64,000 bases of DNA from an uncultured Verrucomicrobiae bacterium (GCA_963817685.1 CAWFPN010000010.1:450852-514851), one strand, 5' to 3'. Positions 19,801-29,730 are shown, counted from the stretch's first letter. A program made the numbers and translations. The notes: generated by a model not told the origin, from the letters alone.

Positions 19801-21879
19801 GTCTTCAAGATACTCGTCCAGCGTGGTCATGCCCGTGGGAACCGTGCCTGTAAGCCCGGCGTCGGGTATGTTGACGGTGGCGGACTGGGAGAACTCGACA
19901 CGCTCCTGTTCGCCGTCGGGGTAGGTGACGACAATCCATTTATTCGACCCTGACTCGCCCGACGCATACGAGTTAGTGCCGTAGGGAGTAGTCAACGCCT
20001 GGATGGAAGTGCCGGAGTCATAGGTGAATTTTGAAGTCAGCCCGATGCAGTCGGTGATCTGCGCGAGCCGGTTGCTTGCGTCGTAGTTAAATGTAGCAAA
20101 GCGGCCAAACGGATCGGTGACTTGCGTGATCTTCAAAGGGTCGCTGCCGAGTCCATAAGAAAGAGTCGTCACCTGCCCAATGGCATCCGTCAGCGCCACC
20201 ACGCGAAAGTTGCTGTCATAGCTGATTTGGACAGCGTTTCCCTGTGGATCAACCATGCTGGTCATGAACACATTCCGCGAGGTCCCGTTTGTCGCATTCG
20301 GCTGCGCAAACACATACTCGGAGCCATCCGGAAACAGCATGACATAACTGTTTGGCGACGTCCGAGTCAGAATGGCCTGGCTCTGGATCTGGGGAGCAAA
20401 CGATTGCGAATTGGTGCCGAACCCGGTAAACGGCAACGTGCCGCCGCCGTCCGTGTAATAATTGACGTTTGCTGACGGGGCGCTTGGGTTGTCCGAGATG
20501 TAAGCCAGCCAATTGAACGTCCATTGTTGGCCCAAATTGGAATAGGTGAAGGTGGCAGGCTGGTCGGACTCATCCTCGTTGTAGGTGACAACGAGCTTGA
20601 CCGGCGGACCCACTGGTGGGGTGTAGCCGACAGGATTGTCCCGCAAGTTCAAACTGACGAGCAACAGTTTGATGCTATGGACGGCCATGCCGCCGCATTG
20701 GGGAGAGCCAGTTCCCATGTCCGACGGGGTATTGGCGTGAGGGTTCTCTTGTGCGACTTGTCCTCTGCCCCAAACGGTCTTACCTTCGTCTTCGGAAACA
20801 GGTCGCCAGCCCGGCGGTAGGGCTCCGGAGCGCACCAGAAAGTAACCACTCGCTTCCGCGTCCAACGCGCGTCTTGTCACCCATGTGTCATTCTGAAACG
20901 TCGGGTCTTGAAGGAGGTAAAGCCCGTTCTCCTCCCGAATCAACGCCGCATAGTGACCCACCTTCCAATTCACGACCGCCGGCGTCAGCAGTTCGGCTCC
21001 CGGAGAGCGAAACGCCATCTGGTAGTTCATCCCCAACCCTCGGGACAAGGCGGCGACCTGACTTAAGGAAAAGCCGTTGGTCGTCGACCTCGAATTGCGG
21101 ACAAGCAAGTCGCCCGCCTTTTCCGGGGCTTGATACGCCAGAATCCGGTCCAGCGCCAGCGGCCCACAACGAAACGAAACACCAGGGCGGTTCTGCATTG
21201 ACCACAACCCCTGTTTCGCGACCGAGACTTTCCCTTTGGCAGAACCAACAATGACACGTCTCTGAATCGATGTCAGTAGAGAGGATAATTTGTCCATACG
21301 CCCAATCCGCGCGTACATCTCGGCGAGTTCGCTGACGGCCCTGTCGGCGAGCGCCTTGACCGCTGGATCCGTTGCGTCTTTCAGCAAAGACCACGCTTTC
21401 TGGTAGGCGTCCAAAGCCTTGGAATACCAGCCGGTGTTGTAATACTCCATGCCGAGATTGAATAGCAACGAAGGCGTCCAGGGAGAATCAGACTGATCCG
21501 TCACAAACGTTTCCAAGGCAGTGTAGTCGTCCGGGATCGTGTGTTGAGCATAAAGCTGAAGCGCTGCCGCCAATTGCCGATTTTGATCCTCCGTGGGCGC
21601 TTTGGCTGGTATCAGCGGCTCGGCAAATAAATGAAGACGCTCGATCTCCTCCACCGAGGGATTCTCAGAAATGCTTGCGCCAATGCTGGGGGGCGAGAAA
21701 GACGGGAGTGTGCGATTGACCGCGCCTTGAGTTTGGGTTGCCGCTGCTACAGGGTCCCCGAACGCCCGGATCGGCAGGATAGAGAGGATCATGAGGCCGC
21801 TTCCCAACAATACCATCCCGTGCTGGTACACCTTAGCAATCGAATCCTTAAGCGTAGACACGTGGAATCGCTCGATCAT
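16882..21879 (-). CDS. RHS/YD-repeat polymorphic toxin with N-terminal C39-like cysteine peptidase domain
   Basis: 1665 aa with a signal/TM segment. Papain/C39-like Cys and His contexts (..VSFRCGPLALDRIL.. and ..WKVGHYAALI..). Dozens of YD repeats (..YDALGR.., ..YDxxGRL..). RHS core ..YFYTMDHLGSIREASD...YDYDPYGQ...SRDPMG...YSYVGQDPLDRTDPLGL is followed by a ~220-aa Gly-zipper-rich C-terminal tip encoded by A/T-richer DNA. Confidence 0.9.
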   Translation of the reverse strand: MIERFHVSTLKDSIAKVYQHGMVLLGSGLMILSILPIRAFGDPVAAATQTQGAVNRTLPSFSPPSIGASISENPSVEEIERLHLFAEPLIPAKAPTEDQNRQLAAALQLYAQHTIPDDYTALETFVTDQSDSPWTPSLLFNLGMEYYNTGWYSKALDAYQKAWSLLKDATDPAVKALADRAVSELAEMYARIGRMDKLSSLLTSIQRRVIVGSAKGKVSVAKQGLWSMQNRPGVSFRCGPLALDRILAYQAPEKAGDLLVRNSRSTTNGFSLSQVAALSRGLGMNYQMAFRSPGAELLTPAVVNWKVGHYAALIREENGLYLLQDPTFQNDTWVTRRALDAEASGYFLVRSGALPPGWRPVSEDEGKTVWGRGQVAQENPHANTPSDMGTGSPQCGGMAVHSIKLLLVSLNLRDNPVGYTPPVGPPVKLVVTYNEDESDQPATFTYSNLGQQWTFNWLAYISDNPSAPSANVNYYTDGGGTLPFTGFGTNSQSFAPQIQSQAILTRTSPNSYVMLFPDGSEYVFAQPNATNGTSRNVFMTSMVDPQGNAVQISYDSNFRVVALTDAIGQVTTLSYGLGSDPLKITQVTDPFGRFATFNYDASNRLAQITDCIGLTSKFTYDSGTSIQALTTPYGTNSYASGESGSNKWIVVTYPDGEQERVEFSQSATVNIPDAGLTGTVPTGMTTLDEYLEDRNTYFWNRRAYVAFTAKTNDFSTAHIYHWLHSLDYTTAMGVLDSEKQPLENRVWYNYAGQPSALQIGTSSEPSAIGRVLDDGTTQLSTFQYNALGKLTNSVDPLGRAMTYIYSTNLVDLLEVHQTTGANNDLLGKFVYNSEHLPVTIVDAAGQVTTNTYNARGQLLTSTDPLGETTTCNYDTNGYLLSVVGPFPGTNDMVSFSYDTVGRVRTATGVDGYTLSYSYDNFDRVTNITYPDGTFEALTYSNLDLAVVQDRLGRQTVSTYDALRQRIAVQDPLNRVTRFEYCGCGAMSGLIDPMGRRTSWEYDIEGRKVAKQYADGSRVLYNYENTTSRLHSKFDEKGQETVYQYYPDNNLQSVSYPNATIATPTVNYTYDPNYNRCLTMQDGIGATMYSYNPISATPSLGAGQLASVSGPLPNSAVTYQYDQLGRMINRAINGVPLATRYDLLGRPIAVTNALGAFQYSYVGATARLASEAYPNGQTNLYTYYNNLGDDRLQQIQHLKPNGALLSGFGYGYNAVGQITTWSNQWDTISTRVWLPSYDAADQLTNVVSAGGPSTVTNYTYAYDLAGNRLLAATNGVQTTYSYNALNQLQSGSAASTNAPTYEWDAENRLTAINQGVNRSEFSYDGLGRRVEIVEKTNGVVASNNYYLWCGTDICEIRDSTGTNVIRRLYPQGESLAGFGNSTNYFYTMDHLGSIREASDASGVLATRYDYDPYGQEAVIQQNLSTTLAYTGFFLHSRSGLYLALYRPLDSGAGRWLSRDPMGEAFGVNMYSYVGQDPLDRTDPLGLYFFWDDLAFTAGGAVIGGAGAAISDYIAGRPITWQDVVGGAAGGAVSGELSLYASPFVANVAGGIVGNVVNQYLNIHYGDQCGWDINNLAANTTLSVATGFIAPLSSAIKIPGINGGSGSFLQVYNQLITKARLGQIGNVTSTSVGKMVVSSTVEGSPTTAENIVGGALLPSPSGNCSCK

Positions 21880-22095
21880 AACTTACCAGTCTGAAGCACG
21901 TTTATCTGCAACCGTAGTCTCTAGTGCGCGTCTTGTTATTCGGGAGGAAATACTTACGCCACGCCACCCTTTTAGCTTCTCCAAACAATATGAAAGCAAA
22001 CCTATCCCATAAACTCAAGCAAATACTTAGTACCCAGGCCGCCAGCATTGTTGGCGCAACACCCGAAATCCGAACCAAAGGCGGCATCCACTGCT

Positions 22096-23310
22096 TCACC
22101 CAACCCTTGCCCCTTTAAAACCATAAGCCTGCCCCTTTTCTCGAATTAGCAAGCGCACACGCTTGGCTTGTTTGAGCAGGTGCTCAGGTCGCACATCACC
22201 ATATGTCCGGGCGATGATCGCCGGGCCACTTTTATCCCCAATCAACGCGGCGATCTCAGTGTCAGGCAGCCCAGACTCTCGGCACTGCGTCACAAAGAAA
22301 CTGCGCAGCCCGTGGAGCGTCACGTATCGTGTTTGCGTGGAACGACAGAGTTTAGACAGCTTTCTTGCAAGCGTCGGATAAGGAAGCGGCTTGCAGGCGT
22401 CTAGCGCTGACGGGAATAACAGGTCACTGCGAATCCGTGTCTGCATCTGCTTTAGCAGTTGCTCCATTTCCGGCAGAATCGGCACGAAGGGATTGATGCC
22501 GCGTTTCTCACGTCGGACATGAATGATCCCCTCGCCCCAATTCACCGCCTCCCACTTCAACATCAACGCCTCGCGCACGCGCAGCCCGGAGAATGCCAGG
22601 AACATGACGCAGTCCGCCTCCACGATGTGGGAACGCTGCCGCAGGGCCGCGTCAATCATCTGCAACTGCTGCGCTGTCGGTGCTGTCTCGCGGCAGTGGC
22701 GTGTGTCTTCTTCGGCGTGGTAGCGTGCCCGACCCGCCAGCGGGTTGAGTTTCAACTTCCCCCGCCTCACGGACAATGCCAGAGCATTGCCGAGCGTCTG
22801 CAATTCGATGTCGACGATCCTGGTGCCCGCCCGGCTTTGTCGCGTCACCTCGCCGCGCTTCCATGTGTAACCGCCCTTGGCACGCCACTGACGGTAAGCA
22901 TCGCAATCCTTCAGGGTCAGGCTGATGGCCGCTTTTTCGGAAAAGAAAGCTGCCAGCCTCGGCAAGTTCTTGCGCTCCTGCTGGACTGTGGCGGCGGTTT
23001 TTGAGCGCATTTTACGGTCGGGGAACCCTGCTTCCTCATAATCTTTGAGAATCTGGCCTACTCTGAGCTTGTTCCGCTCCAAGATCATCGCGCGCGTCTC
23101 AATCCCGTGCTCTTGCAAAACCAGATCGTTTTCCCATCCCTTCAGGATTCTCCGTGCAGTTGCTGGGTCGTCCGTGCCTGTGCAACGAAACGTACGCTTT
23201 CCTTCCACCCAGACCCGGCAGTAAATGAGGCCACTGCGTCGGTAAAGATTGCAACCGACACGCTCAAACCGTCGATCATCCTTCCTTCCTGCGTCTTTCC
23301 ACTTTATCAT
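22096..23310 (-). CDS. int: Tyrosine-type site-specific integrase
   Basis: 404 aa with an N-terminal SAM-like/core-binding region. The catalytic region has ..GLRVREAL.., ..LHGLRSFFVT.. and ..IARTYGDV.. (R..H-x-x-R..Y pattern). Confidence 0.85.
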   Translation of the reverse strand: MIKWKDAGRKDDRRFERVGCNLYRRSGLIYCRVWVEGKRTFRCTGTDDPATARRILKGWENDLVLQEHGIETRAMILERNKLRVGQILKDYEEAGFPDRKMRSKTAATVQQERKNLPRLAAFFSEKAAISLTLKDCDAYRQWRAKGGYTWKRGEVTRQSRAGTRIVDIELQTLGNALALSVRRGKLKLNPLAGRARYHAEEDTRHCRETAPTAQQLQMIDAALRQRSHIVEADCVMFLAFSGLRVREALMLKWEAVNWGEGIIHVRREKRGINPFVPILPEMEQLLKQMQTRIRSDLLFPSALDACKPLPYPTLARKLSKLCRSTQTRYVTLHGLRSFFVTQCRESGLPDTEIAALIGDKSGPAIIARTYGDVRPEHLLKQAKRVRLLIREKGQAYGFKGARVG

Positions 23311-23633
23311 GGCGAGCTGCGTCCCTTCCGTTCGCTTATCTGGCTGCCGCCGTTGCCGCTCGTACAGTGCTGCTCAAGCCAAGCCACCAAGTCATGCTCG
23401 CGGACACGTCTGATCCCCCCCACGCGAATGACACGCAACCCATGCTCGTTCATGAAACGCCAGACAGTTGTTCGACTCACGTTCAGCCGGTTGCACACGT
23501 CTTTAATCGTGAGGAATCGCTCGGCAACCGTCTGCGTCCCTGGTAGATTCTCGCCTTCTGTTGCCGGGTCACTGCTCGTTCGACTCTCTCCGTTTGCCAT
23601 CGTGCTCATGTTCTGCTCCTCAGAGGCGACCAC
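23307..23633 (-). CDS. xis: Excisionase-family (HTH_17/AlpA-like) DNA-binding protein
   Basis: ..FLTIKDVCNRLNVSRTTVWRFMNEHGLRVIRVGGIRRVREHDLVAWLE... Its stop overlaps the integrase ATG (ATGA). The true start may be one of the internal Met codons. Confidence 0.7.
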   Translation of the reverse strand: MVASEEQNMSTMANGESRTSSDPATEGENLPGTQTVAERFLTIKDVCNRLNVSRTTVWRFMNEHGLRVIRVGGIRRVREHDLVAWLEQHCTSGNGGSQISERKGRSSP

Positions 23634-23634
23634 G

Positions 23635-26600
23635 CTAACGCATGCTCACCGTATGGGATTGGTGAGTTTGGCGACGCACCGCTCTCGCCGCCTTCTCCGC
23701 AACCGCTTCCTCGCCATCAGGAATAGCAGCAGCGTCGAGCTTGTTAGATGCCTGATTCCGGGTCAGGTCCAGTGCTTTCACGATCTCGTCCTGGCGCTGG
23801 GCTAGGCTTTTCAGTTTGGCTTCGTGCTCGAATGGCTCGCCTACCTTCGCTTCCAATTCCGCTATTCGCTTCCTGGACTCCGCAACGTCCTTCTCGGTCT
23901 GAACCAACTTCTGGTCGAGGGACTGCATGGTGTGCTCCAGCGAACGTGTCGTGCCGTGGGCATTGTCTGAGATGCTCGCCGAGTAGAGATTCGCACCCTT
24001 GAGGACAAGTTCGGTGTGTTCCAACGCGCTGGCTCGGAGGACCACGGCAAACCCGGCAAGCTCACCAACGGTGTACTCTTTCCCTGAACTCCGGAGTTGC
24101 TGGGCGCGGCGATTGATCAGCTCCCCGGCGATTCCTCGATCTGTGTAGTCGGTTCCCTCGATGCGGATCTTAAAGGCGTTGCCCTGCGTCGGCTGTCTGC
24201 AACCGATGTCCTTGTGGAGGTTCTCGATGCGTCTGGTGAGGATTTCAACCTCCTCCGTCGTTCGTCGGATTGTGTCCCGAATCCGGTACTGGGTCTCGTG
24301 GTGCTGGGCTCGCAATCGGCTGAGGCGGCCCAACTCGGCGTCGGTGTGGGCCTTCTCGATGACCAGTGGGTTCCCTGATGCGATGGCTTTGACCTCGGCG
24401 TAGGTGAGCGCGGTGCCGTCGACGTCCTCGATATGACGCAGGTCATTGCGGCCGGTCATTACCTGGTGAATGAATTTGGCCTTCGTTTCGAGCGTCTGCC
24501 ACATGTAGGCGTCGAAGCTGCCTTCTGTCACGTACCGGTAAATCTGCACCTCGGCGTTGCGATTGCCCTGCCGGAGAATTCGTCCCTCACGCTGCTCCAC
24601 GTCCGCCGGACGCCAGGGCGCATCGAGGTGGTGTAATGCAACCAGCCGCTCCTGCACATTTGTGCCGGACCCCATCTTCTGCGTGCTGCCCATCAAGATG
24701 CGGACTTTACCGGCGCGAACATCCTTGAAAAGCGCGAGCTTGGCTGCGTCGCTTTCAGAATCTTGAATAAAGGCGACTTCGGCAGCGGGAATGCCGGCGA
24801 TGACGAGCTTGGCTTTCACGTCGTCATACACCGAGAACCCAACGTCCTTCGGCGTGGACAAATCGCAGAAAACAAGCTGCGTCAGCCGATCAGCCTTCGT
24901 CTCCTGCCAGATGCGGAAGATTTCATGAACCGCGAGGTTTGCCTTGCTCTCGGGATGGTCGCGCGCGCTCGTGTCGACCAATCGAAGGTCCAGTGCGGCC
25001 TTCCGGCCTTCGGTGGTGATCTTGAGCATGTTGTCCACGCGTGGATCAACGCGCCCCTTGCGCAACTTTTCCGCTCTGTCGGCCAGACCGGAAACGAGCG
25101 CCTTCAGTTCTGGCGTTGCTGGCGCACGGATGATCGCGGCTTTCCCGCTCCGCAGCGCGGGCGTGGGCAGCTTCAACGTTTCCGCCGTGCGTATATCGGC
25201 AACCTGTCGGAACTGTTGCATCAGCTCAGGGACGTTCACGAACCGCGCGAACCGCGTGTTCAGCCGGTAGCCCGCTCCGTCCGGGGCCAGTTCCATCGCC
25301 GTTACCGGCTCGCCAAACGTTGCCGCCCATGAATCGAAGTGGTGCACCCGCAGCTTCGTCAGCGCGGTCATTTGCAGGTAACGCTGCATGGTGAACATCT
25401 CCGCCATGCTGTTGGAGATCGGCGTGCCGGTCGCGAATACCACCCCTCCCCCGCCGTTTACCTGCTGGATGTACCGGGTCTTGAGGAACAAATCGAATGC
25501 GCGCTCCGAGGCTGTCTGTGGCAGGCCCGCGATGCGGGTCATCTTGCTGACGTAAAAGAGATTCTTGAAGTACTGGGCTTCATCAATGAACAACCGATCC
25601 ACGCCCAGTTCCTCGAATGTCAGAGTGTTGTCCTTCTTCCCCTCGGCCAAAAGGAGCTTCAGCCGTGTCTCCAGTCGCTTTTTCGCGCGCTCCAGGTCTT
25701 TGACTATCCGCCGATCGTCCTTGCCAGCGCGCTGTTCGCGGATGGCCATTTCCAAGTCGTGGAGCTGCTCGCGGAAGAACGCCTTCTTGGTTTCATCCGA
25801 TAAGGGGATTCTCTCGAAGCCCGAATGCGTGACGATGACCGCGTCCCAGTTCCCCGTGGCGATGCGACTCATCAACTGCCGACGCTTGCTCGCTTCGAAG
25901 TCCTCCTTGCCGGCCACTAGAATGTTTGCGCCAGGATAAAGCATGAGCAGTTCGGACGAGAACTGGCCGAGCATGTGGTTTGGAACGACGAACAAGGGCT
26001 TCCGGGCCAACCCCAGCCGCTTCAGCTCCATCCCTGCCGCAACCATCGTGTACGTCTTGCCGGCGCCCACCACGTGGCCCAAGAGCGTGTTGGGAGTTTG
26101 CAGGATTCGCCAGACACCCGCTTTCTGGTGTGGGTGCAGGACCACGACCTGGCTCGCGCCCGGCAACGTCAGATGATCACCGCTGAACGTCCGCAATCGA
26201 ACATTGTTGAATTCCTCGTTGTATTTCCTCACCAGCCGCTCACGGCGCCCGTCGTCCTGCCAAATCCATTCCTTGAACCGGTCCTTGATCTTCTGCTGCT
26301 TCTCACGCGCGCCTTCGGTCGCTTCAGGATTCGCAACGAGTTTGTCCGACTTGAGGTCTTTGTCGTAAATGGTCGGCGTGCGGAGATTCAGCGCGTCCTG
26401 AATCAGGTCGAGCGCCCCGGCGCGGTCCGTCCCCCATTCGGTTGTGTTGGCAACAGTGCGTCTGGCGAAGTAGTCGCCACTGACAACCCAGGTGCCGATG
26501 GCGTGCGAATGGCTGACTTCGATGCCCGTCGCACTGATAAATTCCTGGCAGAACCGCTCGATGTCCTCTGCCGGGACCCACGACGCGCCCAAGCGCACGT

Positions 26601-28448
26601 CAATCTCGGCGGCCGACAAGTCCTCCGGCTGGACGGCCTTGAGCGCGTCGACGTTCTCCTTGAAGCGTGGGTCGGTGATGCTCGCGGCCTCAGCAATCTC
26701 CAGCTTCTCGCGGACGTTGCCGGACAGGTATCGGTCGTCGGTCTCCCACTCGTTCGATTGCGGATTGAGGAAAATCGCCCCTCTCAGTTCCGGCAGGAAT
26801 TCGTCTTCGGAGCGGCCGAGCAAGGCGCTCATGTAATCGAGGTCAACGCGGCCCTTTTCGTTCAGCGAAACGATCAAGGCTTCCTTTGGCAGTTCAACCG
26901 ACTCGATAGGTTTCTGATACTGAATCGTTCGCTCGCGAAAGATCGCCGTTTTCTTGGCTCGTTTGGTCTCCTCGTCGTAGACCTCCAGTGACAGGAGCAA
27001 CGGCAGGTCGGGATCACCATTGAATACGCGTGTGTTCGCACGGCTTGAAATCGGACCGAATCGTGAGATGAACGAGTCGTATGTCTGATTGAGTCTCTCT
27101 CTCGCCGCGACAATGGCGGCCTCGTCGCTGCCATCGAGTTGACTGCGGAGACATTCACGCACGGCGTCACGAACCCGAATCAGCCGTCGGATTCGCACCT
27201 TGGTTTCCGCCGGCAACCCCGGCAGCGTCTTCAACGAATCCCCCACCCGGACGGCAACATCGTCATGAACCATCACGAAGGCGTTGGGCTTGACGTGGTC
27301 GGGGGCAGGAAACGTCTGGTCGAGGGACGGCGGAGTCACAGCCCGCTTCTGCGCTCGGTAAATATTTTGCGGCAGGTTGCTGAGTGCTTCCGTCAACGCC
27401 TCAGCTAAATCCCGGCCATCGCTGACCAGGGTGGGTTCGTTGTCGCGGTACATGCTGCCCGACAACTCCATCTTGCCGAGCATCATGCGCGGGTGCTGCA
27501 CGAAGTATTCGTTGATGTAGATCGTTTCGCCCTTGGCGTTGCCATGCTCCGCCGTCTCCTTCCACGCCGGACCCGACGGGGTTTCGCCGGGATTCAGTTT
27601 GCGCAACATCACGATGTCGGTGGTGACCTCGGTGTTCGCGTTGCGCTTGAACGCGTTGTTGGGCAGTCGCATTGCGCCAACGAGGTTGGCCCGTTGCGCC
27701 AAGTATTCGCGCAATGCCGAGTCCTCTTTGTCGAGGGTCCCTTTCGAAGTGATGAACAGAATCAGCCCGCCCGGCCGCACCTTCTCCACGGTGGCAGCGA
27801 AGAAGTAATCGTGGATTGAAAACTTGAAGACGTTGAAACGCGGGTCGAACGGCTGGTAGTCCCCAAACGGGATGTTGGAGACCGCCGCGTCGTAGAACCC
27901 GTCGGCCAGCCGAGTCTCTTCGAACGGCTGGTGGCGAATGTCGGCATCTGGATAAAGCGCCTTCGCGATGCGGGCGGTCAGTTGGTCAATCTCAATGCCG
28001 GTGATAGTCGAGTGGGCGTGCATTTCCTCCGGCATCAGCCCGATGAAATGGCCCAGCCCGCAGGCAGGCTCCAAGATGCGCCCATGGTTGAAGCCGAAAC
28101 GCGCGAGGGCGTCGTACATCCCGCGAACGATGACAGGCGCTGTATAGTGGGCGTTGAGTGTCGAGGCGCGGGCAGACGTGTGTTCCTCGTCCGTCAGAAG
28201 TTTGGACAGTTCGACCTGCTCCCTGGACCACTCGCGCGAGTTGACATCGAAGACCTGTGGCAGCCCTCCCCAGCCGACGTACCGCACGAGAACCGCTTTT
28301 TCGTCGTCAGAGGCAGGACGTTTTTCGGCTTCGAGGCGTCGGAGAAGTGTGATCGCCTCGACGTTGGCGCGGAACTTCTGCTTGAGCGACCCCTCCCCCA
28401 GGCGGTCGCGGTCGGTAATGCGGTAGTTGGCTTGGTTACGCGGCGTAC
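23635..28448 (-). CDS. N6-adenine DNA methyltransferase fused to SNF2-family helicase (5' end unresolved)
   Basis: Methylase motifs LEPACGLGHFIG (SAM motif I) and VSNIPFGD (motif IV). Helicase motifs GHVVGAGKTYT (I), LFIDEAQYFKNL (II), GTPISNS (III) and HHLDAPWRPADVEQREGRILRQGN (VI). The listed ORF runs to 28773, but its first ~108 codons overlap a better-coding 88-aa frame. Confidence 0.85.
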
Positions 28449-28715
28449 CTAATTGTTCTCGGCCGGCAGCAAGATGTACCTCTCCCTCACCATTTCCCAA
28501 GCCTGATCCTGGGCCTGCTGCGGCGTGAACCCCTGCTCGGTCAGTTGCCGGCGAATCGCGTCCATTTCGTCCTTGGTCTTCTCCTCGGCCTCCAGAAGCA
28601 TCTGCTGCAGCGTGCTCGTCCGCTCCATTTCCGCCACCATCCGCGACCGATGCACGCGCCAGTGTTGTTCCGCCATCAAGCCGTATTGAGTCAGTGTGCT
28701 CATGTGAGTCTCCAT
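28449..28715 (-). CDS. Small helical protein (88 aa), possibly the displaced N-terminus of the methylase-helicase
   Basis: The translation is protein-like (..YGLMAEQHWRVHRSRMVAEMERTSTLQQMLLEAEEKTKDEMDAIRRQLTEQGFTPQQAQDQAWEMVRERYILLP..). The third-codon position is strongly G/C-biased in this frame. The overlapping frame gives Gly/Arg/Asp-rich low-complexity text. Confidence 0.6.
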   Translation of the reverse strand: METHMSTLTQYGLMAEQHWRVHRSRMVAEMERTSTLQQMLLEAEEKTKDEMDAIRRQLTEQGFTPQQAQDQAWEMVRERYILLPAENN

Positions 28716-28854
28716 TGCCCGAAAACAAATCGAGTTGATCTTGTTGCCGTCCCTTTGACCGTTTGAGAGTCATTGGTTAAATCGCGTGCCACATTTCCCC
28801 TCATCTGAGGGCATTTTGCTACGGGGGGATTTAGCCATGATTCGCTGGTGGAAC

Positions 28855-28872
28855 TGTTCCCAATTGGGAACA
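28855..28872. promoter_or_regulatory. ICE operator palindrome, site 1 (TGTTCCCAATTGGGAACA)
   Basis: Perfect 18-bp palindrome in the non-coding region upstream of the minus-strand 88-aa/methylase/xis/int block. Confidence 0.6.
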
Positions 28873-28957
28873 AAATCACTGATGCGTTCTTGGCGTGCAG
28901 TTGCTCCAGCGTGAAGTCTTAGAGACCAAAGCCGTTGGCGAAATGTTGAGAACGCAA

Positions 28958-29021
28958 AAATGTGGAGTTGGGCGGAAATTGGCACGATTTACGGCTTTTT
29001 CTGCCAACCAACTCCACATTT
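28958..29021. repeat. 14-bp perfect inverted repeat AAATGTGGAGTTGG ... CCAACTCCACATTT with 36-nt spacer
   Basis: Arms at 28958-28971 and 29008-29021. It shares the ATGTGGAG core with the palindrome at 29331. Confidence 0.6.
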
Positions 29022-29330
29022 ACGAAGAGGATCTGTGGGCTGTACTTTCGACCACTGGAGGCAACAGAGGCGTCGCCGAGAATGCGACGCTCCCTGATCA
29101 ACGGGCACTTGAATCCAACGGAAGGCCCTTCCCACAACGGCAAAACAGTTCGCAGCAACGGCGAGCCAAGCATTCCCTGAGAACCAGGGCCAACGCGATG
29201 GGTTGCGTGGAATCCCGCCGGAAGGCTTGCTAGGCGTTGCATAAATGTTGAGTCCGCTCGCGTGTTTGCCGCGTGACTACAGGGTCTTTCGCATCAGCTT
29301 CACATTTTTGAAAACTTAACATTTCGCCAA

Positions 29331-29350
29331 TTATGTGGAGCTCCACATAA
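29331..29350. repeat. 20-bp perfect palindrome TTATGTGGAGCTCCACATAA
   Basis: Read directly from the sequence; lies in a 1.1-kb non-coding stretch. Confidence 0.6.
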
Positions 29351-29505
29351 TAGGCGGAGCGAGCACGGTCAAGAAGCGCAAGCGGTGGACCGCAGCCCCG
29401 CGAGGAATATCTTGACGGCGCACAGCGAGCCGTAGAATCGAGGGGCGATTCACGCAAGCCGACTGAAAACACAGCGCGAATGCGCAACGGAACTGAGATT
29501 GCGAA

Positions 29506-29650
29506 AAGCGATGTGGCCGCGAGAAACGACGGCTCGCAGCGGTGACATCGGAGCGCAATCAGATCGCCAACGGCACAGCGAAAGTCTTTGGGGTTTTGCA
29601 GCGGAGCAGCGCGAAGCGGGCAGAGCGAAAAACCACAATATCTTTAGCGG
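29506..29650 (+). repeat. Structured ~145-bp repeat, copy A
   Basis: aagCGATGTGGCCG-[inner hairpin gcgag/ctcgc]-CGGTGACATCG...GAAAGTCTTTGGGGTTTTGCAGCGG...gcgaagcgg.... Aligns with copies B and C. Confidence 0.65.
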
Positions 29651-29730
29651 CCCGCACGGGTAGTGTCGATTGACGTGCTAGACGGTCCGAGATGTCGAGC
29701 GGGATGGCGCCGAGCCTGTAGCGTGTCGGG

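Noticed and set aside
22040-22080. tRNA 3' end next to the integrase (..ggttcggatttcgggtgttgcgcca on the minus strand)
   Set aside because: The putative T stem (TTTGG/TTCGG) does not pair. The T loop lacks the conserved A58 position. No acceptor partner is found.
28440-28460. Programmed -1 ribosomal frameshift joining the 88-aa ORF to the helicase
   Set aside because: No X XXY YYZ slippery heptamer precedes the stop (..ctg ccg gcc gag aac aat tag), and no obvious downstream pseudoknot is present. A simple indel is more parsimonious given the other frameshifts in the element.
28716-28773. ATG at 28773 as the true start of the methylase-helicase (1712-aa ORF)
   Set aside because: Codon third-position bias and amino-acid composition favour the 88-aa frame across 28449-28715, so the long ORF's first ~108 codons are probably not translated as such. 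It is kept as an open question in the findings.
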